This document shows positions 32,105-39,620 of a stretch of DNA of 64,000 nucleotides, in pieces. Position numbers and translations under genes: made by a program. The notes below the pieces were generated by a model. The model was not told where the DNA came from. It ran no database searches and was given only the letters and a program-made list of their open reading frames with translations. Within the stretch, counting starts at the first letter, position 1. Each line of letters begins with the position of its first letter. This stretch comes from a virus. Its lineage: Duplodnaviria; Caudoviricetes. The stretch is from the IMG/VR virus record IMGVR_UViG_3300027766_000001; one strand, 5' to 3'.

Positions 32105-32116
32105 CAATATACAGTG

Positions 32117-33649
32117 TTAGCCAAACCAAGGGTTCGCACCACCTTCTGCCATTGTGTCACCGGCCACGTGTTTACGTGACATGTCTTTACCATTGATGTC
32201 GTCCAGGATACCTGCTTCGCTGAACTTGTACACACAGAACTTATCACGCTCAGGGGTAATAGAGATCGTACGGTGCTTACCACGTTGCACACACATGTAC
32301 GTTTCTTCGCCCACACGCACCAGGTGGATAATGATCTCCACATCCACTTCCTGGTCAATCTTCGTACAGTTATCCCAATACCCTTTGTTCGCCGTCTCAC
32401 GTGGCAGGTCTTCTTCCATCCCGTTACGAACCAGCATCTTCGCAGCCGGACTTAACTGGTGAGGAGTAATGACACAGATACCACGGGCTGATGTGAAGTT
32501 ACGCACACGACGGAACAGGTCACGGTACTCTTGGCCCGCTACCCCTTTCTCACAACCGGACTTGTTGAACATCCCCAGGTAGTCGATCGTTAACAGGTGG
32601 ATCTCATAACCCATGTTCTCAAACTGCTTGATACGCTCGAACAGGTTACGGTAACCAAACTGTGACGGGTCAACACGACAGAAGTTCACTTCATAGCCGT
32701 TAATGGATAACGCTTCCATGACTTCTTTCGCAGCCGTGGCTTCATCGATGCTCTGGTGATCGTGCACCAAACCATCCACGTTAGCTTTAATACGCTTCCA
32801 CCAAGACACCATGTTATCGGTCATGTTGTTCTCAGACGAGATGTGCATGATCATTGGTTTCTTTTTCGGGTCACGCATATATGGCTTGTTGTGTACCGCG
32901 ATCTGACGTGTCAGGTCCATGGTGAAACCTGATTTGTTGTTGTGCTGCAATGCACCAATCAACACAAACTCAGAACGACGGAACCCACCGACTTCACCCA
33001 GCATACGGTTGATACCCTGGAAGCCCGTGCGCAACACCCCAAGGGTAGACGATTCTTCTTTCGCCTGCTTAAAGATGTGGCTCACCGCATTCAGGTCGCT
33101 GACCGACACTTCACTGACTACCGCCGGGTCAAACTGATCCGTGGTGGTAAGGTTCAGTGTTTCGATCTCTTCCATTAACTTGCCAACCGCGGTGTCAACG
33201 TCAACGTCTTCACCACCGTAGATAATAGGCATCGCTAACTTCTTGATCACCGCTTTGGCTTTACGACGGTTATCCCAGCTTTTCAGGTCACGGAAGATCT
33301 GGGTCACAATCTGGTTAGCGCGGTAGGGATCATCTTCACTTGAGTTGATGCCCATTTCCAGGGCTTGATACGTTGCCGCGTCTTGACCACAGTCATTGAG
33401 TAAACGCTGCATTAAATCTAAACGGTCTAACGGTTCATGCTTGCCACGACCAATCAACCAACGGATCGTTTTACGCAAAGCCAACTGCACAGAACGCATT
33501 TCATCGCTACCCATCGTTTCGACAGGTGCCGGAATATTCTCCATGAGTTCATCAACAAACTCGCTGTAATCGTCACCAGCTTCACCACCAACCACGGAGT
33601 GTTGGTAAAATAACGTAATAATCTTTATGAGAAGCAAACCAGTGTCCAT
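32117..33649 (-). CDS. dnaB: DnaB-like replicative helicase (phiKZ gp118-like)
   Basis: LRTGFQGINRML, Walker-A-like ALQHNNKS, LTIDYLG (Walker B), PHQLS and RGKHR motifs; ATG at 33649 after GAGGA. Confidence 0.9.
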   Translation of the reverse strand: MDTGLLLIKIITLFYQHSVVGGEAGDDYSEFVDELMENIPAPVETMGSDEMRSVQLALRKTIRWLIGRGKHEPLDRLDLMQRLLNDCGQDAATYQALEMGINSSEDDPYRANQIVTQIFRDLKSWDNRRKAKAVIKKLAMPIIYGGEDVDVDTAVGKLMEEIETLNLTTTDQFDPAVVSEVSVSDLNAVSHIFKQAKEESSTLGVLRTGFQGINRMLGEVGGFRRSEFVLIGALQHNNKSGFTMDLTRQIAVHNKPYMRDPKKKPMIMHISSENNMTDNMVSWWKRIKANVDGLVHDHQSIDEATAAKEVMEALSINGYEVNFCRVDPSQFGYRNLFERIKQFENMGYEIHLLTIDYLGMFNKSGCEKGVAGQEYRDLFRRVRNFTSARGICVITPHQLSPAAKMLVRNGMEEDLPRETANKGYWDNCTKIDQEVDVEIIIHLVRVGEETYMCVQRGKHRTISITPERDKFCVYKFSEAGILDDINGKDMSRKHVAGDTMAEGGANPWFG

Positions 33650-33673
33650 CACGTTCCTCGTTAAGGTGAAGTT

Positions 33674-34300
33674 ATGTTCAAAGAAAAAATTGTTATCGCC
33701 CCCGCACCGATCCTGCGAGCGTTGCGTGATAACCAGCTACCGTTAAAGGTGTTACTCGAACCAGAAAAATTGCTTAGTATATTATCCGTTCGTGACGTCA
33801 TTTTTTACAACGTCCTGAACACCATGGTATGTGGTCTGGATTTCCGCAAGTCACCCGCGGCGTATGCTAACGGCTTAACTAAAGCCCTGGCTGAACTCCC
33901 CTACTATTCTAATGGACTTATGGATGTCTTTACACAAGAAGAGTGGATAAAGTTCATAAGTACATATGAGAGCGACGTGCGAGCGGAGCAATCAGGGTTG
34001 AACAACCGGACGGTGTACGAGTATGCCACGGGTGAGACCTATGATGTAGAGGCGCACAAAAACGGTGAAGCCGTTGAGTACGACTTTAAGACCACTGTGT
34101 TAAATGGTGATACCGTCTGTGTGATGGTGGTACCGCGTGAAGACGCTACGTTGACAGATAGTATGCTAAGTCAGCGTTTGCTGCGTCAAGTGCTGTATGC
34201 TATGAACTCCATTACTGCGAAAGCGGATGAGTATAAATCACTTTACGTGGGTTATTGCACCAACTTAGTTAGCAATGCGATCGCGCAACGCAGTGTTTAA
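33674..34300 (+). CDS. conserved head-associated protein (phiKZ gp119-like position)
   Basis: 208 aa between DnaB and the major capsid gene, as in phiKZ synteny. Confidence 0.65.
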   Translation: MFKEKIVIAPAPILRALRDNQLPLKVLLEPEKLLSILSVRDVIFYNVLNTMVCGLDFRKSPAAYANGLTKALAELPYYSNGLMDVFTQEEWIKFISTYESDVRAEQSGLNNRTVYEYATGETYDVEAHKNGEAVEYDFKTTVLNGDTVCVMVVPREDATLTDSMLSQRLLRQVLYAMNSITAKADEYKSLYVGYCTNLVSNAIAQRSV

Positions 34301-34407
34301 ACCGAATAATAATAGTATGTTACTAACTACGTTATGACGTACTGTTACCCAGAGTGTTAGCGCAACACATATTCGGACCGGTAACCCTGGCTCCGGGTGT
34401 AATCGAA

Positions 34408-34421
34408 AACTTATATAAGTT
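34408..34421. promoter_or_regulatory. perfect 14-bp loopless palindrome AACTTATATAAGTT upstream of the capsid RBS
   Basis: Self-complementary, checked by hand; ends about 4 nt before GAAGGA. Confidence 0.45.
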
Positions 34422-34438
34422 ATTGAAGGAACTCCAAC

Positions 34439-36667
34439 ATGGCATTAAAAGTTCTCCATACGCAGCACAGTGCTTCACTGTTCAGCCGTATTCAAGGTGC
34501 AGTACAGAACGGTCAGTTCTCGGTTGCCGATGGCGTTGTCGCAGGTTACGGTCTGGAATCTCTGGACGACGTAAAAGCAGGTCAGCAGGTTTCTGCGATC
34601 GATGCTGCGAAACACGCGCTGAAATCAGCTGCTGGTGTTGGCGGTGCGATCGAAGCTGGCCTGGAAGGTTTCAACGACCAGCAGCTGGAAGCGGGCTCAA
34701 TCGCTGCGACCATCGTTGGTGACCTGTCTGGTTATAGCCGCGCAATGCAGTCTCGTGCTGCTAAAGCGATGAGCGATGGCTTCCAGTCTGTTAGCGGTTC
34801 ACGCTACGGCTCAGCCAACCCGAAACAGGGTTATGGTACTGAAGCGTTTGAACAGGCTCAGGAATTCGTTCCTCAGCAGGCTCAGACCATCGAGTACAAC
34901 ATCAAAGCGGCTAAACAGGACCCGGTTGGCGAAGCGTTCTTCCCTACCACTGTTCTGACTGCGAACGACATCGGCCTGGACGTTAAGATCCCGGTTGACA
35001 TCGTTGAACCTTTCGTCAAGCACAAAGCCACTGGCCAAGTGACTGACTGGCAGCGTAAGAAGCTGATCAACACCCTGCGTGATCCTTCTATCCTGCGTAA
35101 CGACGCGGTTAAACTGCTGCCGTACAAACCTGCTGATAAGTCTAACGACCAGTGGTTTGCTGCCGGTACTGATTTCACCGAAGTGCAGGGCGGCGAAGAT
35201 CTGCCAACTGCAGCTCTGAAACCAGGCGTGCGTGTAGGCTTCATCGGCCTGTGCTCTACTCCTTCACTCGTGCAGAACGGCGTGATGGACCACACTGACC
35301 AGATCGACAACAACGTCCGTCTGCAGTACGTGTGGATCAAAGTGAGCAACGCCGGTGGTACCACTGAGCTGTTCCGTCTGCGCACTGATAACCTGGATCG
35401 TTCTGCGTTCCAGAAAACTCAGGAAGGCGACAAGTTCCAGACTTCTCTGGACCTCGACGTTCTGGCATACCAGCTGAACGCTGGCCAGAAAACTGTTGCG
35501 GGTTCTAAGTCTGTCCTGCTGGCTCCGCTGACCACTGGTAAGCAGACCGTAGGCATCGCGCTGAAAATCAACGGCACCCTGAACCACGAGAAAGGTGACC
35601 TGGTTGTCAACGCCCTGGAACAGCCGCGCATCAGCCGCGTATACGACAACGATGCTCGTGAAGAAATCACGAACACCGCTGCTGTACAGACTGAGATCGC
35701 GAAACTGACCTTCGAATTCGCTGGTTACTACATCAAAGCTAACCTGCGTAACAGCAACTTCCGTACCCGCGAGCAGCGTATCGACCGTCAGACCAGCACC
35801 TATAAGTACCTGGTGCAGCTGGGCGCGCCGATCACTGCAGTAGCTCCGGCTACTAACGACTGGGGCCCGGTTGAAGCTGTTGCTGTTGAGCAGCTGTCTA
35901 CTGCAACCTACGCACGTAACTCCGCAATGGCTATCAGCCGTCTGCTGGACTACGTTGACTCCATGCGCGCTTCTGGCATCGCTAACAACGCCCTGTGGCA
36001 GCGTTACGATGAGAACGCCGTAGAAGGCGTTGGTAAAGCAGTTGTTGATGCCTGGTTTGGTGAAGGCGATTACAACATCAAGGATCTGGTGAACTCCACT
36101 GCGTCACACATGCGCCGTGAAGACATCAGCGAGCAGCTGTTGAACATCATCCGTAACTACGCCTACCGCATGAACGCCGAATCTGGTTACAACGTAGCCA
36201 TCGGCCTGCTGTACAACGAAACCACTCCGATGCTGCTGATCGGTACCGACAACATCATCGCGCAGTACCTGATGGAAGTCGGCGACCTGCGTACCGCTGG
36301 TATCTCTTTCAAAGTAACTGTTGTTACCTCTAACAACATCGAAATGAAAGGCAAAGTCATCATGACTCTGTCTCGCATGAAGTCCGGCGGTCTGGACCTC
36401 TGCACCTTCGGTATGCACCTGTGGGTACCTGAAATCGTTGCAACCGTTAAGATCATGCGTAACGGTAACTACGTTCAGGAAACCATGGTTCAGCCGCGTA
36501 ACCTGCACGTTGTTGTGTGCCCGATCATCGCTCACCTGACCATCTCTGGTCTGGACGAAGCGTACACCGGTTCTATCAACATCCCGGTTACCACCGGCGA
36601 CCTGGCTGCGAACATCGCTCAGACCGTTCTGAATGGCCTGAACGCACAGCCGGCTCAGGGCAGCTAA
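34439..36667 (+). CDS. major capsid protein (phiKZ gp120-like)
   Basis: 742 aa, strongest codon bias in the window; propeptide sites YGLE|SL, AGLE|GF, YGTE|AF; KQDPVGEAFFPT, LMEVGDLRT and QPRNLHV motifs; synteny with DnaB and the RNAP subunit. Confidence 0.9.
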   Translation: MALKVLHTQHSASLFSRIQGAVQNGQFSVADGVVAGYGLESLDDVKAGQQVSAIDAAKHALKSAAGVGGAIEAGLEGFNDQQLEAGSIAATIVGDLSGYSRAMQSRAAKAMSDGFQSVSGSRYGSANPKQGYGTEAFEQAQEFVPQQAQTIEYNIKAAKQDPVGEAFFPTTVLTANDIGLDVKIPVDIVEPFVKHKATGQVTDWQRKKLINTLRDPSILRNDAVKLLPYKPADKSNDQWFAAGTDFTEVQGGEDLPTAALKPGVRVGFIGLCSTPSLVQNGVMDHTDQIDNNVRLQYVWIKVSNAGGTTELFRLRTDNLDRSAFQKTQEGDKFQTSLDLDVLAYQLNAGQKTVAGSKSVLLAPLTTGKQTVGIALKINGTLNHEKGDLVVNALEQPRISRVYDNDAREEITNTAAVQTEIAKLTFEFAGYYIKANLRNSNFRTREQRIDRQTSTYKYLVQLGAPITAVAPATNDWGPVEAVAVEQLSTATYARNSAMAISRLLDYVDSMRASGIANNALWQRYDENAVEGVGKAVVDAWFGEGDYNIKDLVNSTASHMRREDISEQLLNIIRNYAYRMNAESGYNVAIGLLYNETTPMLLIGTDNIIAQYLMEVGDLRTAGISFKVTVVTSNNIEMKGKVIMTLSRMKSGGLDLCTFGMHLWVPEIVATVKIMRNGNYVQETMVQPRNLHVVVCPIIAHLTISGLDEAYTGSINIPVTTGDLAANIAQTVLNGLNAQPAQGS

Positions 36668-36753
36668 GCTAGCAATAGCTTGACGCCTACGACGTAAGTC
36701 GCGTAATCCAGGATCCTCTCTACTTCGGTAGAGGGGGTTCTGGTTTTATGCCG
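36666..36753 (+). terminator. capsid 3' UTR: GCAA and GTAA tetraloop hairpins, then a 16-bp cUUCGg terminator plus TTTTATGCCG
   Basis: Stems verified by hand at 36666-36681, 36690-36701 and about 36708-36743. Confidence 0.85.
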
Positions 36754-36780
36754 GCCTAGCTTTAATAACGAAGTAAAAAT

Positions 36781-36799
36781 ATTTCATACCTACATTACT
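36781..36799 (+). promoter_or_regulatory. putative phage early/middle promoter ATTTCATACCTACATTACT
   Basis: Near-identical copy at 28519; A-rich upstream; precedes the operon with the non-virion RNAP subunit. Confidence 0.7.
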
Positions 36800-36856
36800 A
36801 ATGTGTGACAGCAGACATGCTAGTTCGAGCTAAGCTGTTAGACGGAAGGTATCGTC

Positions 36857-37861
36857 ATGACCAACGACCGCCAATTCCTTGTGGATGATAGTAAGGATAA
36901 GTTCTTCGAATACGATGCAGACATTAAAACGTCGGTAACGATTCGCAGTAACTTGCATGTCCCATTGGTGGTAAGACAACGCAATGGGGTGAGCGCCGCT
37001 ATCCGCCCCAAATATGGGGCAGGGTATCATAGCGGGAATATAGTCGTGCAGATTGAGGTTCTGGCTAAGCCGGAAGTATTTCTGTACATTGATAACCAAT
37101 CTATGGAGTCTCTGCCAGAAGAATACCAAATTCTCTATCAAGCTATACAGACAATGAAAGATCGGGGTACCCAAGTAGGTAATATGCACTTTGCGCGTAT
37201 TAACTTAAAGTACAGCCGAGAATTCTTTGATCAACACGGTGGTGAGTTCTACTCCCCGTTAGCTGACGTGGTGTTGTCCCTAAAGTCAATTGAACAAGTT
37301 GGCGAACATCCGTTCTCACTGACCGCTATCCAACGTCGACAATCAGACCGGGTGACCCGGGATTACGATAACCTCGTGCTTTATGGTATCCAATTGATTG
37401 ATCGATTCGACCAACTCGGCCCCCGGTACATGAATATCGCTGGAGACGTTTTCCGTATCGACCCACTGCCGCTTGATGAGTTCACTGAACAACAAGCAGA
37501 CGGTTTGTATTTGTTGGGTACGCAGCCCATGCGAAGTGCTAAGGACATTTCGAACAGTGCACGTTCCGACTTTATTCCCCTTGACAAGTTATTGAAAGAC
37601 CCCAACAAGTACGGAGTATGGTCGAGCTTTGGTGAAGCACGTCATCAAGGTAATAAACAATTGGAAACCGCACAGAACGCCTTGGAGGTCGCACAGCGTG
37701 CCGGTGAGAAGAAAGACCGTCAGATTGAGAATTTAAAGAAAGAGCTGGACGAGGCCAAAACAAAGCACAAGCAAGAGGGTAGTCTTGTGTTGCATAAAGG
37801 GATGACGGAGTTAATTAAACTCGCAACCGCTATGATTGGCATCGTTAAATTATTAAAATAA
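36857..37861 (+). CDS. conserved hypothetical protein with C-terminal coiled coil and hydrophobic tail (phiKZ gp122-like position)
   Basis: 334 aa, GAAGG RBS, lies between the capsid and nvRNAP genes. Confidence 0.7.
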   Translation: MTNDRQFLVDDSKDKFFEYDADIKTSVTIRSNLHVPLVVRQRNGVSAAIRPKYGAGYHSGNIVVQIEVLAKPEVFLYIDNQSMESLPEEYQILYQAIQTMKDRGTQVGNMHFARINLKYSREFFDQHGGEFYSPLADVVLSLKSIEQVGEHPFSLTAIQRRQSDRVTRDYDNLVLYGIQLIDRFDQLGPRYMNIAGDVFRIDPLPLDEFTEQQADGLYLLGTQPMRSAKDISNSARSDFIPLDKLLKDPNKYGVWSSFGEARHQGNKQLETAQNALEVAQRAGEKKDRQIENLKKELDEAKTKHKQEGSLVLHKGMTELIKLATAMIGIVKLLK

Positions 37862-37870
37862 GGTAACATC

Positions 37871-39556
37871 ATGGATCCATTGCTCGAGAACATACTGAAG
37901 CCCATCATCGTTAAGATGAACCCGGATTTCTACGAAGGCCTGGTGAAGCGTGAGATGGACAAATCTCTGCATTACCTTGACCGTGTGTTTCGTAGTGCTT
38001 TTGGTAGTTTAGGATCTAACATTGAGTACGTTGGGTATCGCTGTTGCCGCCCTGATGAGGAATACCGTTTCAAGCTAAAACGTAACGGTGGGAACTCCGC
38101 ATCGAAAGTGCGTTATGAGTTGGCCCGATCGGATTTGCGTCTGGTGAAGTTTGACTTCATGATTGACGGTAAACCGATTCAGCCTTTGCTGTTGTATGTG
38201 CCGTATTGTGACGAGACTGGGTTGATGCATTTGCGTGGAACTGCGCACACCATCTCAGCCGTGGTAGAAGACCCGGGCGTATCCATTACGCAAGACGGTT
38301 GCTTCTTCCGTGTTACCTGCGACAAGATTGTGATTCGTCGTACCGTGCACACGATCTGTAAAGATGAAATCAACATCGTGCAGAAGCGTAAGCGGGTACA
38401 GAAGCACATCAACATCCCGTACGGTAAGATCTATCGTGCGAAACAGCAGAAAGCCAACACCAACAAAAACCCACCCACACCTTCATTGCCACATTACTTG
38501 TTTGCCAAGTTTGGGGTAACCCATGCGTTTCGTCATTTTGCGCGTGTAGAAGTGGTGTATGGAACGGAACTGGAAATCACCCCAGAGACGCATCCAGACA
38601 GTGAGTGGACGCGGTACTACAGTACTAAGGTTAACCACCCCAACAACAAACGTCCTATGGATTGGGCGCCGTCCAATGCCGCTATGGCTGTACGGGCAAT
38701 TAACCCAAGTAACCTGACTGAGATCATGGTGGCTGGGTATTTCTACGTGGCTGACTGTTACCCACAAGAGTTTGTGCCTGGCTTCTCTGACGAACCAGAA
38801 CACTGGCGCTTGATGATGGGTAAGATGGTGTTTAACCGTCAAGTCAAACACGTGCAGATGTCAGACTACCTGCGTCCTCACTTCGAGTCGTTAGACACGT
38901 ACCTCGATGCAATGGCGCAAGAGAACCTGGCAGAAGAAGGGATTGTGTGTGAAGACATCTACGAGGTAATGGCGTACATCATTGCCAACCTGGATAGCAT
39001 GATTAACACGGTGAACCTGGCCAGTGTTTATGGTAAGAAGTTGGCAGTCTTACCCTACGTGCTGTCGCCCATCGTGCATGGGATCTTCTACACGAAGTTC
39101 AACTTGATGCAGCAGTGCAAGCAGTGGGATGTAAACCAGGAAACCGGTGAGCGTAAAATGCGCTTTACAGAAGCTAACTTGCTTGAAGCCTTTAAGCAGA
39201 ACTTGAAGCCGGAGGTCATTTACAAAGTAAAAGGTGCTGACCACGGTGAGATCAGTTCTATCGCGGCACCGGGTGATAACAAGCTGTTTAAGATCAACAA
39301 CAAGTTGGTCCTGCAGCAAAACGCGTCAGGTGGCAAAGGACGTCCCAGCACATCACCGATGGCTGATGACTCCAAGGGGCTCGATGTCAGTATTGCAGAC
39401 TGTAATGCATACTTACACAGCACCAAGCCAGACCCCACTGGCCGTTCTATCGCAAACCTGTACAAACCACTGCCGAACAACCGGTTCGAGCCGTCGGTCA
39501 AACACGACAAGTTGTTTACTGCTACACAGGCAATCATTACGCGTCGCAATATCTAA
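37871..39556 (+). CDS. non-virion RNA polymerase beta-type subunit (phiKZ gp123-like)
   Basis: 561 aa; YELARSDLRLVKF, LLYVPY, LPHYLFAKFG and KPDPTGRS motifs; position two genes after the capsid gene as in phiKZ. Confidence 0.8.
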   Translation: MDPLLENILKPIIVKMNPDFYEGLVKREMDKSLHYLDRVFRSAFGSLGSNIEYVGYRCCRPDEEYRFKLKRNGGNSASKVRYELARSDLRLVKFDFMIDGKPIQPLLLYVPYCDETGLMHLRGTAHTISAVVEDPGVSITQDGCFFRVTCDKIVIRRTVHTICKDEINIVQKRKRVQKHINIPYGKIYRAKQQKANTNKNPPTPSLPHYLFAKFGVTHAFRHFARVEVVYGTELEITPETHPDSEWTRYYSTKVNHPNNKRPMDWAPSNAAMAVRAINPSNLTEIMVAGYFYVADCYPQEFVPGFSDEPEHWRLMMGKMVFNRQVKHVQMSDYLRPHFESLDTYLDAMAQENLAEEGIVCEDIYEVMAYIIANLDSMINTVNLASVYGKKLAVLPYVLSPIVHGIFYTKFNLMQQCKQWDVNQETGERKMRFTEANLLEAFKQNLKPEVIYKVKGADHGEISSIAAPGDNKLFKINNKLVLQQNASGGKGRPSTSPMADDSKGLDVSIADCNAYLHSTKPDPTGRSIANLYKPLPNNRFEPSVKHDKLFTATQAIITRRNI

Positions 39557-39620
39557 CACGCCTTTACCTGTATGAGTAACGCTTGTAACCGCTTTCACAT
39601 TTAAACCACGGACATTTATT

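Noticed and set aside
31846-32116. tRNA or small ORF in the largest intergenic gap
   Set aside because: No cloverleaf, T-loop GTTC or CCA end; the 66-aa and 60-aa track ORFs lack an RBS and cross hairpins.
32117-39556. Inteins or introns in DnaB, capsid or nvRNAP genes
   Set aside because: Lengths match the expected uninterrupted proteins; no splice-junction or homing-endonuclease motifs seen.
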